A stretch of 32,000 nt of DNA from Candidatus Saccharimonadota bacterium. Its GTDB lineage: Bacteria; Patescibacteriota; Microgenomatia; UBA1406; GWC2-37-13. The position numbers and the translations under genes are program-made. The notes beneath the pieces were generated by a model. That model did not search any database. It had not been told where the DNA came from and saw only the letters and a program-made list of their open reading frames with translations. This document shows, one piece after another, positions 1-9,457 of this stretch. The stretch spans positions 1,260,001 through 1,292,000 of the forward strand of contig CP065004.1 in assembly GCA_016700135.1 (NCBI GenBank), read 5' to 3'. Each line of letters opens with the position of its first letter. The first letter of the stretch is position 1.

Positions 1-1555
1 TCTGTGCGATTCGGGTAATCATGTCCTCAACATCATTTGCGGCGTACATCATCAGATCTGCAAGCTCATCAATGACAAATACAATGTAGGGTTTTGGTGT
101 TATTCCTTCCAGTTTATTGTACCCTTCGAGATTCCGGACTCCTTTTGAAGCAAGTTCTTTGTAGCGTGCCTCCATCTCCCCGACCGACCAACGCAGAGCG
201 GAAACAACCTTCGCATTGTCATTGATGACGTCAGTCAGCAAGTGAGGAGAACCGTTGTATTGCACCATCTCTACCTGCTTAGGATCAACAAGGATCATGC
301 GCAGTTCGTCCGGCCGGGTACGCATCATCAAAGTCGTAATCCAGGCATTAAGCATCACTGATTTACCCGATCCGGTCGTACCTGCGACCAAAACGTGCGG
401 CATCTTGGAAATACTGGCTGCTTGCGGGACACCTGCCACATCAAATCCAAGCGGGACAAGAAGAGGATCTCCTCCCCGTTTTGAGAGAGCTTCAGTCTTC
501 ATAAGCTGTCTCAGTGTGACAATTTGAGGAGTAATATTCGGGATTTCAATACCGACCAGAGACCGGCCGGGAATAGGGGCTTCGATACGTACCTGTCCGG
601 TCGGAGCGGCCAGCGCAAGAGCCAAGTCGTTGGCTAGTGCCGTAATCTTTGACAGCTTTGTCCCCATGGTGATTTCAATAGCATACTGTGTGACCGTCGG
701 ACCGAAGTTGATTTCAACAACACGCGTTCGGATTCCGAAACTGTCAAGAGTTTTTTCGATAATATGTGCATTTGATTTCACATCTCCGCGGTCAGCCTCC
801 GACTGTTTCACATCGTTCAAAAGGGTTGTCGGCGGATACACCCAGGTAGAAGAATCGCTCTGCATGACAGGCTTTATTGATAAATTGTTTTGATTGTGCT
901 CACCGTGATGCTGATCTGCAGCTTTCGGAGCAATCGCAGCAGGCGCAATAGGCTTGTTTATCACAACCTGATCTCTGATAAAATTGTCTCCTTCCTTTCC
1001 TTCTTTCCCGAGAGACGGAAGCTTCATATCTTTTGCTTTCGACAGGCTCGAGAAAACGGCACCGATCGGAGAAAAGATCTTCATTACATTGATCATGATC
1101 ACGTCAACTGATGTATCCAAAAATAAAATAAGTCCGATAATAAAAAATACGATAAGAATGGAGAGTGATCCGAGCGGAGTAAAATCAATAGAGAGATTGT
1201 TATAAATGGACTTTCCCCACGCACCCGATCGAAAAAGCCCCATCAGAGAGACGAGCAGCAAAAAGGAGCCTGCGGTGAGATTCAGCCTGACGAACTTCAG
1301 TTTTTTCGAATTAAAAAAGTGTCCTGACAACAGAATGATTGTGAACGGAACAAATATTGCCAGTCCGCCAAAAAGCTCCAAAAGCTGAACATTGATTTCC
1401 TTCAGTACTCTGCCCTCTTCCGATGGAGCAAACAGCTGAGAAAATGATGCCAGCGAGATAATCCCGATAAGCAGTAGAACAAATCCGAAAATATTGAAAA
1501 TAGTTTTACCGTTGATTTTAAGCCGTGGAAACTTAGATTTTTTTCTTCTTCCCAT
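1..1555 (-). CDS. ftsK: DNA translocase FtsK/SpoIIIE, N-terminal membrane region plus start of the ATPase domain; the 3' end runs off the window
   Basis: Manual reverse translation from the ATG at 1555 gives MGRRKKSKFPRLKING..., then several hydrophobic segments, then VAGTTGSGKSV (Walker A) and PYIVFVIDELADLMM. It is absent from the ORF track because there is no stop in the window. The + strand ORFs at 255-1388 are antisense shadows of this gene. Confidence 0.9.
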   Translation of the reverse strand, partial: MGRRKKSKFPRLKINGKTIFNIFGFVLLLIGIISLASFSQLFAPSEEGRVLKEINVQLLELFGGLAIFVPFTIILLSGHFFNSKKLKFVRLNLTAGSFLLLVSLMGLFRSGAWGKSIYNNLSIDFTPLGSLSILIVFFIIGLILFLDTSVDVIMINVMKIFSPIGAVFSSLSKAKDMKLPSLGKEGKEGDNFIRDQVVINKPIAPAAIAPKAADQHHGEHNQNNLSIKPVMQSDSSTWVYPPTTLLNDVKQSEADRGDVKSNAHIIEKTLDSFGIRTRVVEINFGPTVTQYAIEITMGTKLSKITALANDLALALAAPTGQVRIEAPIPGRSLVGIEIPNITPQIVTLRQLMKTEALSKRGGDPLLVPLGFDVAGVPQAASISKMPHVLVAGTTGSGKSVMLNAWITTLMMRTRPDELRMILVDPKQVEMVQYNGSPHLLTDVINDNAKVVSALRWSVGEMEARYKELASKGVRNLEGYNKLEGITPKPYIVFVIDELADLMMYAANDVEDMITRIAQ

Positions 1556-1600
1556 AGATTAAGTATATACCACTAAGTAACGTTTGTGCGTAGTTTTTGC

Positions 1601-1637
1601 AACAAAAAAGAGCTCCCGGGTTAGGCCGGGAGCTCTT
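1601..1637 (-). terminator. Rho-independent terminator downstream of pnp
   Basis: A perfect 12-bp stem (1608-1619 aagagctcccgg pairs with 1626-1637 ccgggagctctt) with a 6-nt loop. On the minus strand it is followed by TTTTTTGTT. It lies 22 nt after the pnp stop. Confidence 0.8.
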
Positions 1638-1659
1638 AAGGTTTCTTGTCTGAAAAAGA

Positions 1660-3915
1660 TCAATATCTTCTGCGGTCATCACGTCGAGGTCCGCGATGAT
1701 CCCGTCGGTCTCCTCCGCGACGATCATCATATCGTCTTCCGCCTCCTCCACCGCGTCTGTCCATGCGGCGCTGATCATGTCGATCAGGAGCTGCACTCAT
1801 ATCAATCTCGACCGGTGTCCCGTCGGGGAGCTGAGTCATCACAAGGTTGATTCTTCCCTGAGAATCAATCTCATGGACTTTTACTTTGACTTTGTCACCG
1901 ACCTGTACGACATCTTCAGGATTTTTAACAAATCCGTTGCTCATTTTTGAGACATGGACTAATCCTTCTTTGCCGGGAAGCACTTCAACGAATGCTCCGA
2001 AAGCCATCAGTCTTTTGACTTCACCGTCAAATTCTTCACCGACTTCTACCTGTCTTATCAAGTTGTTTATCATTTCAAGTGCTTTTGCGACTTTGACCTG
2101 ATCAATACCTGCAACTGTCACAGATCCGTCATCTTCGATATTGATGTCAGTATCCGTAAGTGCGATGATACTCTTGATGGTTTTGCCTCCCGGTCCGATC
2201 ACGGTTCCGATCATATCCTCAGGAAGTTGCAGTGTCTCAATCTTCGGTGCATACTGGGAAATCTCTTTTCGTGGTTCAGAAATTGCTCCGTTCATGACTT
2301 CCAGGATACGAAGTCTTGCTGACTGTGCACGATCAAGTATTTCATCAATCATGGCATCAGTGAGTCCCATGTTCTTCACATCAAGCTGGATCGCAGTCAC
2401 GCCTTCTGTTGTTCCTGTTACTTTGAAGTCCATCTCGCCTGAGAAGTCTTCAATACCCATAATGTCCGTCAGAATGACATATTTATCATCCGATTCTGAC
2501 ATAAGTCCCATCGCAATTCCGGCAACAGGTCTTTTGATCGGTACACCGGCATCCATAAGTGACATAGATGAACCGCAGGTTGATGCCATTGAGGTTGAAC
2601 CGTTTGAAGTCAGAACCTCTGACACGATTCGAATGACATACGGGAACTCTTCTTCTGTCGGGAGAACAGGCAGCAGTGCTTTTTCGGCAAGTGCTCCGTG
2701 TCCGATTTCACGACGATTCGTAAATCCGATTCGTCCGGTTTCACCGACTGAGTATGGCGGGAAGTTATAGTGATGCATGTATCTTTTTTCTTCCTGTCCT
2801 TCAGGTCCGTCAATCAATTGTTCAAGTCCGGGTGCGCCAAGTGTCAATACTGACAGTACCTGGGTAGCGCCTCTTTTGAACAATCCCGTTCCGTGAGTGC
2901 GGGGAAGAATGCCGACTTCTGCTGACAAGGGTCGGATATCATCAATTCCTCGTCCGTCAATACGGACTTTTTCATTGATTGTTTTGCTACGAATTTTATC
3001 CTTTGCAAGATAATCAAAAGCTTCCGCGATTTGTTTGTCGGTGAATTCTTCGCCAGTTTTTTCGACGACTTTCCCGACAAGATCCTTCATCATTGAACCG
3101 TCATCGAATTCACGGTCAGCTTTGTAAGCAACAAGCTTATCAATTTCCTTATCGAAATCATGTTTTAATGTTTCTTTGAGTTTCGGATCAATGAGTGATT
3201 CTGCTGCCTGTTCTTTCGGCATACCGACTTTTTCACGAAGTGTATCCATGAATTCAATCAGCTTCATATTTTCTTTCTTTGCAAGCTGAATTCCTTCCTT
3301 GATAACATCATTAGAAAGTTCTTTTGCCGCAGTTTCGATCATGACGACTTTTTCACGGTTTGACGTGACAAAAAGATCAAGATCAGAGTGCAGTTCTTCT
3401 TCCTGAGTCGGATTAATGATAAAAGATGAATTTCCTTCAGAATCTTTGATCAGTCCGATTTGCGTTGCGGCGACAGGTCCGTTCCACGGAGCGGGTGAAA
3501 GATGTACCCCGACTGCAGATGCGATCGTTGCGAGTACTTCCGGTGCAACGGTATTGTCAACAGACATAAGAGTTGCGACAACCTGCACTTCGCGACGGTA
3601 GGTTTTCGGAAAAAACGGTCGGATTGAGCGGTCAATGATGCGTCCTTTCAGGATTGCTTCATCGGTCGGTTTTCCTTCGCGTTTTACCCAGCGTGAACCT
3701 TTAATAACTCCTCCTGCGTAAAGTTTTTCGACATACTCGACGGAAAGAGGGAAGTAATCAATGTCATTGTTTTCCTTGCCCAGCGTGACCGTGACAAGAA
3801 TACAAGTATCATTCATACGTGCAAACACTGATGTGGTTGCGTTTTGTGCCAGTTTTCCGAACTGGAGTGTTAGTTTATTGCCATCAATTTCGATGGACTC
3901 TTCTAAATATTTCAT
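1660..3915 (-). CDS. pnp: Polynucleotide phosphorylase (PNPase) with an extra Arg/Gly-rich C-terminal tail
   Basis: 751-aa ORF with two RNase PH-like domains, a KH region (GPGGKTIKSI) and an S1 region (GEVKRLMAFGAFVEVLPGKEGLVHVS). It has the classic position downstream of rpsO. Confidence 0.95.
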   Translation of the reverse strand: MKYLEESIEIDGNKLTLQFGKLAQNATTSVFARMNDTCILVTVTLGKENNDIDYFPLSVEYVEKLYAGGVIKGSRWVKREGKPTDEAILKGRIIDRSIRPFFPKTYRREVQVVATLMSVDNTVAPEVLATIASAVGVHLSPAPWNGPVAATQIGLIKDSEGNSSFIINPTQEEELHSDLDLFVTSNREKVVMIETAAKELSNDVIKEGIQLAKKENMKLIEFMDTLREKVGMPKEQAAESLIDPKLKETLKHDFDKEIDKLVAYKADREFDDGSMMKDLVGKVVEKTGEEFTDKQIAEAFDYLAKDKIRSKTINEKVRIDGRGIDDIRPLSAEVGILPRTHGTGLFKRGATQVLSVLTLGAPGLEQLIDGPEGQEEKRYMHHYNFPPYSVGETGRIGFTNRREIGHGALAEKALLPVLPTEEEFPYVIRIVSEVLTSNGSTSMASTCGSSMSLMDAGVPIKRPVAGIAMGLMSESDDKYVILTDIMGIEDFSGEMDFKVTGTTEGVTAIQLDVKNMGLTDAMIDEILDRAQSARLRILEVMNGAISEPRKEISQYAPKIETLQLPEDMIGTVIGPGGKTIKSIIALTDTDINIEDDGSVTVAGIDQVKVAKALEMINNLIRQVEVGEEFDGEVKRLMAFGAFVEVLPGKEGLVHVSKMSNGFVKNPEDVVQVGDKVKVKVHEIDSQGRINLVMTQLPDGTPVEIDMSAAPDRHDQRRMDRRGGGGGRRYDDRRGGDRRDHRGPRRDDRRRY

Positions 3916-4095
3916 ACATAAAATATAGCACGGGAGAAGTTAAATAAGAGAAAGAAGTATGTGAGAGAGACCTCAGGGCAAGCTTGTTTCAGGACAATCT
4001 GCTGAGTAAGTATCCTAAAATAAACCTGTCTGAGTATCCTCTTTGGGGAATAAGTAATAATGACTTTCTCTCTTCTTATCCCGTTCAATTTATAA

Positions 4096-4371
4096 TTATT
4101 TTTTAAGGCCTAGTTTTTTTATCAGCTCTTTGTATCGAGCTTCATCAAGTTTCTGAAGATAATTGAGGATTCTGCGTCTCTTTGCAATGACTTTAAGAAG
4201 TCCGCGTCGTGAGTGATTATCTTTCTTATTTCCTTCAAGATGTCCGGTAAGTCTCTGAATTTTGAATGTCAAAAGAGCAACCTGGACCTCAGGTGACCCG
4301 GTGTCGCCTGACTTTTGGGCGAACATATCAATAATTTCCTGTTTGTTTTCTGGTAGTTGTGCTTGTGCCAT
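4096..4371 (-). CDS. rpsO: 30S ribosomal protein S15
   Basis: 91-aa ORF containing ...[19 protein letters not shown]...KKD.HSRRGLL..., typical of S15. It sits upstream of pnp. Confidence 0.95.
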   Translation of the reverse strand: MAQAQLPENKQEIIDMFAQKSGDTGSPEVQVALLTFKIQRLTGHLEGNKKDNHSRRGLLKVIAKRRRILNYLQKLDEARYKELIKKLGLKK

Positions 4372-4379
4372 AGTTTGTG

Positions 4380-4387
4380 ATTATAAT
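4380..4387. promoter_or_regulatory. Palindromic -10-like element ATTATAAT in the divergent rpsO / membrane-protein intergenic region
   Basis: ATTATAAT reads TATAAT on both strands. On the minus strand it ends 8 nt upstream of the rpsO ATG (4371). Confidence 0.4.
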
Positions 4388-4418
4388 AAATGTTAACGGA
4401 AGTTTCAAGCGCACATAT

Positions 4419-4769
4419 ATGAAGTCACGAAGACTCTTAAATCATACATTTACCGATCTAAAGCCCTTTATTCTCATCGGACTGTCGGTACTGCTCGGTC
4501 TGTTGCTTTGGAAAATTCCCCCGTCGAATATCATCATTATATCATTTTTCATTGTTATAACAACACTTATTGTATTCCTTATTACCTCCTTCTTTCAATA
4601 CAGGCCGGTACAACTGGTGATGACCCTTTTTACACCCCTCGTGCTTGCTCTAAGTTATTTTGTCGGATTCGATATAATAAATACATTATTGCTCTTATCG
4701 TTTATAATTGCCTTGACGAAACTTATTCTCATGAAAGATCGCAAAGGCAAAAGTTCATCTGAGACATAA
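4419..4769 (+). CDS. Hypothetical small integral membrane protein
   Basis: ORF 4377-4769 begins with GTG. The first ATG is at 4419 (MKSRRLLNH...). It has three or four hydrophobic segments, and its stop is 1 nt before the metG ATG. Confidence 0.55.
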   Translation: MKSRRLLNHTFTDLKPFILIGLSVLLGLLLWKIPPSNIIIISFFIVITTLIVFLITSFFQYRPVQLVMTLFTPLVLALSYFVGFDIINTLLLLSFIIALTKLILMKDRKGKSSSET

Positions 4770-4770
4770 C

Positions 4771-6180
4771 ATGAAAAAAGTACTTATCACAACATCCATT
4801 CCCTATGTAAACGGAGCTCCGCATATCGGACATGCTCTCGAACTTGTGCAAAGCGATACCATGGCACGGGCATATCGGGAAGACGGATATGACACATATT
4901 TTCTGACGGGAACTGATGAGAATGCACAGAAAAATGTTGAATCTGCCGAAAAAGCCGGGATACCTGTACAAACTCTTGTTGATCAAAACTCAGAGCGTTT
5001 CCAGAATCTGAAAAAGCCGCTGAATCTTTCGTTTGATCAATTTATCCGGACAACTTCAGATAAACATATGAAAGGTGCCCAAAAGCTTTGGAAATTGTGT
5101 GAGAAGGATATTTATAAGAAAAAATACAGCGGGTTGTACTGTGTCGGCTGTGAGACCTTTTACAAAGACGGCGAGTTTGAAAATAATATATGCCCGAACC
5201 ACAATCGCAAACTCGAACTGGTGACTGAAGAAAACTATTTCTTTGCACTTTCCAGGTACTCGGAAAAAATACGTGACGTCATCCAATCGGACATGCTGAA
5301 GATCGATCCGGCATTCAGAAAACAGGAAATGTTGAACTTCATAGACAAAGGTCTTGAAGACTTCTCAATCTCACGTCCCGTGGAGCGTATGAAAGGATGG
5401 GGTGTCCCGGTACCGGGCGATGAAAACCAACGGATGTATGTCTGGTATGATGCACTGGCCAACTACATAACGGCACTTGATTTCGCGGAAAACGGACAAC
5501 TGTTCCGGTCCTACTGGACTGAAAATCCCAATAGGATCCATGTCATCGGAAAAGATATCATCAAGTTCCACGCCATTTACTGGGTCGGCATGCTCCTCTC
5601 TGCAGAGATAATGCTTCCGACACGCGAATATGTGCACGGATTTATTTCCGTATCGGGACAAAAAATGAGCAAATCACTGGGGAATGTCATTGATCCGTAT
5701 GAAGTTGTAGAGAAATTCGGTACCGATGCAGTCAGATATTATCTGTTGAAAGAAATTCCTTCTTTGACTGACGGCGATTTCTCGATAGACCGCATGAAAC
5801 AACTGTATGATGCCGATCTGGCAAATGAGCTCGGAAACCTCGTTTCCCGGGTGACTACATTGGCATCAAAAGACGAATTAACCTTTCAGGCAGATACTGA
5901 AGCCGACAAATATATCCTTGATAAAGCAAAGCACTTTCAATTCAATCAGGCGCTTGAAGACATCTGGAAAATCATCAAAGACCTCAACAAAGAAATAAAT
6001 GAAAAAGAACCCTGGAAGCTGAGTGCCGATGACAGAAAAGGACATCTCGAAAACTGGCTCGGAAAACTATATGGGATTTCACTATCATTAAAGCCGTTTA
6101 TGCCTGATACGGCAGACAAAATCGGGCAGGCTACATCGGGAAAAATCGGGAAAACGGTCCCTCTTTTTCCCCGTATCTGA
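4771..6180 (+). CDS. metG: Methionine--tRNA ligase (short form, no C-terminal tRNA-binding domain)
   Basis: Contains the class I motifs PHIGH and KMSKS, a CVGCE...CPNH zinc knuckle, and an anticodon-binding helical C-terminus. Confidence 0.92.
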   Translation: MKKVLITTSIPYVNGAPHIGHALELVQSDTMARAYREDGYDTYFLTGTDENAQKNVESAEKAGIPVQTLVDQNSERFQNLKKPLNLSFDQFIRTTSDKHMKGAQKLWKLCEKDIYKKKYSGLYCVGCETFYKDGEFENNICPNHNRKLELVTEENYFFALSRYSEKIRDVIQSDMLKIDPAFRKQEMLNFIDKGLEDFSISRPVERMKGWGVPVPGDENQRMYVWYDALANYITALDFAENGQLFRSYWTENPNRIHVIGKDIIKFHAIYWVGMLLSAEIMLPTREYVHGFISVSGQKMSKSLGNVIDPYEVVEKFGTDAVRYYLLKEIPSLTDGDFSIDRMKQLYDADLANELGNLVSRVTTLASKDELTFQADTEADKYILDKAKHFQFNQALEDIWKIIKDLNKEINEKEPWKLSADDRKGHLENWLGKLYGISLSLKPFMPDTADKIGQATSGKIGKTVPLFPRI

Positions 6181-6246
6181 AATCCGGCTTTTCAGACACG
6201 CTCAAGCTCTTCAAAACAGGACACGACCTATCCAATATAAGGTATA

Positions 6247-8490
6247 ATGATACATTCTATGAAATTCAAATTGCCGAAGTTCAGAAAATCAAAAAAACTT
6301 TGGATTATTACCTCTGTCGGACTTATTACACTAATCGGATTTATTTCTGCTGCCGTCTTTTTGTACTTCTTTATTTTTGCGGATCTTCCGTCCCCGTATA
6401 CACTGAAGGATTTCAAGGCTATTCCTATTTCCAGCCAGATTTATGACCGGAACGGGAAACTTCTGTATGAGGTGTTTCGTGATGAAAACCGAACACCGGT
6501 CAAACTGAAGGATCTTCCCGACTATATGAAGGAATCAACGATAGCGATCGAAGACAAAGATTTTTATAAGCACGGCGGTATATCAATTGTATCGGGAATG
6601 CTTCGTGCCGTAAGAGATACCGTGAAGACCAGCAATCTTCAGGGAGGATCCACCATTACGCAGCAACTGGTAAAAAGTGCATTGCTGACTCCCGAAAGAA
6701 CCATACAGCGAAAAGCAAAAGAGATCATTCTTGCAGTCTGGGTCGAACAGATTTTTTCGAAAGACGAGATTTTGGAAATGTATCTGAATCAGGTCCCGTA
6801 CGGAGGATCATCTTACGGTATTGCACAGGCATCAAAAACATACTTTAATAAAAAACCGCATGATCTTGAACTCCATGAAGCGGCAATGCTGGCCGGTCTT
6901 CCCCAGGCTCCGACACTGTACTCACCTCATACCAATCCCGATCGTGCAAAAACCCGCCGTGACAGTGTGTTGAGAAATATGTTTGAAGAAGGGTATATCA
7001 CTGAAAAACAAATGAATGAAGCGATGAAAAAGGAAGTAAATGTCCTTCCTCCGAAAACCAATATTAAAGCACCGCATTTTGTGTTCGAGGTCAAAGAACT
7101 TTTGGAAAAAGAGTACGGATTGAAACAGCTGGAAGAAGGAGGACTGAAAGTGACGACCACTCTTGATCTTGACGTGCAGGCTTCGGCTGAAGCTGCTTTA
7201 CGGGAAGAAATTGATGATTTGCAAAGACTGAATGTCACAAACGGTGCAGTTCTTGTCACACGCCCGCCGACCGGTGAAATTCTTGCAATGGTCGGATCAG
7301 TTGATTACTTTGACGGATCGTCAGGAGCTTTTAATGTCACGACCGCCGGAACCAGACAGCCGGGATCATCGATAAAACCGATAAACTATGCAATCGGTAT
7401 CGACCGGGGTTTGGTAACCGCATCATCCATGTTCCTTGATGTTCCCACCTGTTTTTCCAATCCCGGACAACCGAAAGCATTCTGTCCGAAAAACTATGAC
7501 AATTCATTTCACGGACCGGTACAACTGCGATACGCTCTGGCAAATTCTTACAATATTCCTGCAGTAAAGATGCTGGCTTACAACGGGGTGGAAGATTTTA
7601 TTGCATCATCATCAGCATTTCTTATCACGTCTTTCAAGGATCCTGATAATTACGGGTTGTCACTCACACTCGGCGGAGGTGAAGTGGCGATGACTGAAAT
7701 GGCACAGGCATTTTCGGCATTTGCAAATCGTGGAAAGCCACGGGCTCTGAATTATGTTTTGAAAGTTGAAGATAAAGCGGGAAAAGTACTGTATGAATTT
7801 AAGGATCCGAACTTTGAACAGGATGTACACAAACCACTTGAAAGACCGAACAGTCTCGTCATCAAAGGGAAAAATGCCATTTCAGAGGGAACGGCCTTTA
7901 TCATCTCCCATATTCTCCAGGACAACGGAGCCAGAACGTCAGCCTTCGGCCCGAGTTCTGAACTTGTCATAAAAGACCGTACAGTTTCAGTAAAAACGGG
8001 TACGACAAACGACCTGCGGGACAACTGGACGATCGGTTATACGCCGAACTTTCTTGTGGCAGTTTGGGTCGGGAACAATGATTTTACGCCTATGGCACAG
8101 GGAGTTGCTTCAGGACTGACCGGTGCTTCTCCCGTATGGAACCGTGTCATGACCGGACTTCTCGAGGATCAGCCTGATCTTCCCCCCGTCAAACCGTCAT
8201 CCGTTGTCGGCATGCAGGTCTGCAGCGATACCGGCGTAATTGCAGGCAAACAGGGCGAAGGATACAACTGCCCGACCCGATTTGAGTATCTGATCCAGGG
8301 CACCAACTCGACAGCGGACATATCGAAAAAACAGGTACCGGTGAATAAAGATACCGATCAGTACCTCCCCGATCCCAACAATCCGGCAGTTGAAATGAGA
8401 GAAAAGACCGTTTTGAAGGACATGTTCGGTGAGTACTGTATCGATTGTAATCATGAAGGAGAAGCGCGACAGACAGTTACAGTCCAATAA
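6247..8490 (+). CDS. Class A penicillin-binding protein (glycosyltransferase GT51 + transpeptidase)
   Basis: N-terminal TM segment; GT51 motifs EDKDFYKHGG and GGSTITQQL; transpeptidase motifs SSIKP (SxxK) and KTGTT. The alternative start at 6259 (MKFKLPKF) lies 10 nt downstream of a TATAAT at 6243-6248. Confidence 0.9.
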   Translation: MIHSMKFKLPKFRKSKKLWIITSVGLITLIGFISAAVFLYFFIFADLPSPYTLKDFKAIPISSQIYDRNGKLLYEVFRDENRTPVKLKDLPDYMKESTIAIEDKDFYKHGGISIVSGMLRAVRDTVKTSNLQGGSTITQQLVKSALLTPERTIQRKAKEIILAVWVEQIFSKDEILEMYLNQVPYGGSSYGIAQASKTYFNKKPHDLELHEAAMLAGLPQAPTLYSPHTNPDRAKTRRDSVLRNMFEEGYITEKQMNEAMKKEVNVLPPKTNIKAPHFVFEVKELLEKEYGLKQLEEGGLKVTTTLDLDVQASAEAALREEIDDLQRLNVTNGAVLVTRPPTGEILAMVGSVDYFDGSSGAFNVTTAGTRQPGSSIKPINYAIGIDRGLVTASSMFLDVPTCFSNPGQPKAFCPKNYDNSFHGPVQLRYALANSYNIPAVKMLAYNGVEDFIASSSAFLITSFKDPDNYGLSLTLGGGEVAMTEMAQAFSAFANRGKPRALNYVLKVEDKAGKVLYEFKDPNFEQDVHKPLERPNSLVIKGKNAISEGTAFIISHILQDNGARTSAFGPSSELVIKDRTVSVKTGTTNDLRDNWTIGYTPNFLVAVWVGNNDFTPMAQGVASGLTGASPVWNRVMTGLLEDQPDLPPVKPSSVVGMQVCSDTGVIAGKQGEGYNCPTRFEYLIQGTNSTADISKKQVPVNKDTDQYLPDPNNPAVEMREKTVLKDMFGEYCIDCNHEGEARQTVTVQ

Positions 8491-8492
8491 CG

Positions 8493-8939
8493 ATGATATC
8501 TCTTATCCAACGTGTCACACAGGCTGCGGTTTACACCAACTCCGCGTGTTTTTCAGAGATCTCCCATGGATATGCGATCCTTGTAGGTATTTATGAAGAT
8601 GATACCCAAACTGATGTTGAGAAAAGCGTGAACAAAATTCTCAATCTCCGTATAATGTCTGATGAAGCGGATAAAATGAACCGGTCAATTCTTGATACAA
8701 AAGGTGAGGTCCTGCTTGTCTCACAATTTACCCTTTGTGGTGATATTTCAGGTGGGCGAAGACCATCTTTCATCAAAGCTAAGAAGCCTGATGAAGCATA
8801 TAAACTATACAAATATATGATCGAACTATTGAAAAAGCAGGGACTGGCGGTTAAAACAGGGAAATTCGGTAATTATATGGATGTCAGAATCCACAATGAC
8901 GGACCCGTCACAATACTCGTTGACAGTACTAAAATATAA
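8493..8939 (+). CDS. dtd: D-aminoacyl-tRNA deacylase
   Basis: 148 aa with MISLIQRV..., SQFTLCGD, GRRPSF and a C-terminal GPVTI motif, typical of Dtd. Confidence 0.9.
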   Translation: MISLIQRVTQAAVYTNSACFSEISHGYAILVGIYEDDTQTDVEKSVNKILNLRIMSDEADKMNRSILDTKGEVLLVSQFTLCGDISGGRRPSFIKAKKPDEAYKLYKYMIELLKKQGLAVKTGKFGNYMDVRIHNDGPVTILVDSTKI

Positions 8940-8943
8940 CAAT

Positions 8944-9153
8944 ATGAAAACAGAATACGGAGAAATTCGGATATTTCCAACAAGAGACATAGATGCGCGT
9001 ATTGCCGCAGTTGAGGCATTTGAGAACATGGCCGAACGGTATCCGATACAGGGAGCTGAACATATTGTCGGTCAGATCCTCCAAAGCCTGATCGGACTCG
9101 ATCCGGACGGGGCAATCACGGTATATAATACAGCCACAAACCGTATCCTTTAA
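8944..9153 (+). CDS. Hypothetical 69-aa protein
   Basis: The ORF track gives 8881-9153, but that start overlaps dtd. The in-frame ATG at 8944 (MKTEYGEIRIF...) begins 5 nt after the dtd stop. I recognise no family. Confidence 0.4.
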   Translation: MKTEYGEIRIFPTRDIDARIAAVEAFENMAERYPIQGAEHIVGQILQSLIGLDPDGAITVYNTATNRIL

Positions 9154-9441
9154 TTACTTCTTCAATACTGTCTGATATCCCTCACAGCCGTTATTGAGCC
9201 ATTGTGCGACCCGGGTCACAGTGGTTGTAGATACTCCCAATTTTTCCGATATCTCCAGACATGGCAGCTTTCCTTTCTTCAGCAGCCGAGCAATCTCGAG
9301 ACGCTTGCTGAACTCTCTGATTTCTGCCGGCGTCATAAGGTCCCTAAGATAATTCAGAACATCCTGACGGTTCTGCAATTTCAGAAATGATTCAGCTAAT
9401 TGTTTTTGTAAATGATCCTCCGGTTTGTATTTCATAGTCAT
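9154..9441 (-). CDS. YerC/YecD-family TrpR-like DNA-binding protein
   Basis: Contains ...LMTPAEIREFSKRLEIARLL..G....EISEKLGVSTTTVTRV..., a TrpR-like helix-turn-helix. The track start at 9453 is TTG. ATG codons are at 9441 and 9435, and 9435 lies 6 nt downstream of a TATACT at 9442-9447. Confidence 0.8.
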   Translation of the reverse strand: MTMKYKPEDHLQKQLAESFLKLQNRQDVLNYLRDLMTPAEIREFSKRLEIARLLKKGKLPCLEISEKLGVSTTTVTRVAQWLNNGCEGYQTVLKK

Positions 9442-9457
9442 AGTATAAATCAAATGC

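Noticed and set aside
255-1388. Five + strand ORFs (255-527, 630-893, 890-1111, 984-1205, 1206-1388).
   Set aside because: They lie antisense to a continuous minus-strand FtsK reading frame with clear Walker motifs. Their sequences are low-complexity, so they are shadow ORFs.
1533-1796. An 87-aa minus-strand ORF giving an acidic sequence, considered as an alternative C-terminus for PNPase.
   Set aside because: It runs through the pnp terminator hairpin and into the ftsK start region. The Arg/Gly-rich frame stops neatly 22 nt before the terminator, so I kept the annotated pnp frame.
1584-3635. Multiple ORFs overlapping pnp on both strands (for example 2141-2770 +, 2610-2813 -, 2844-3080 -).
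   Set aside because: They are all nested within the well-supported 751-aa PNPase ORF and have no recognisable motifs.
8881-8943. The upstream start (8881) for the small ORF ending at 9153.
   Set aside because: It would overlap the last 59 nt of dtd. The in-frame ATG at 8944, just after the dtd stop, is more plausible.
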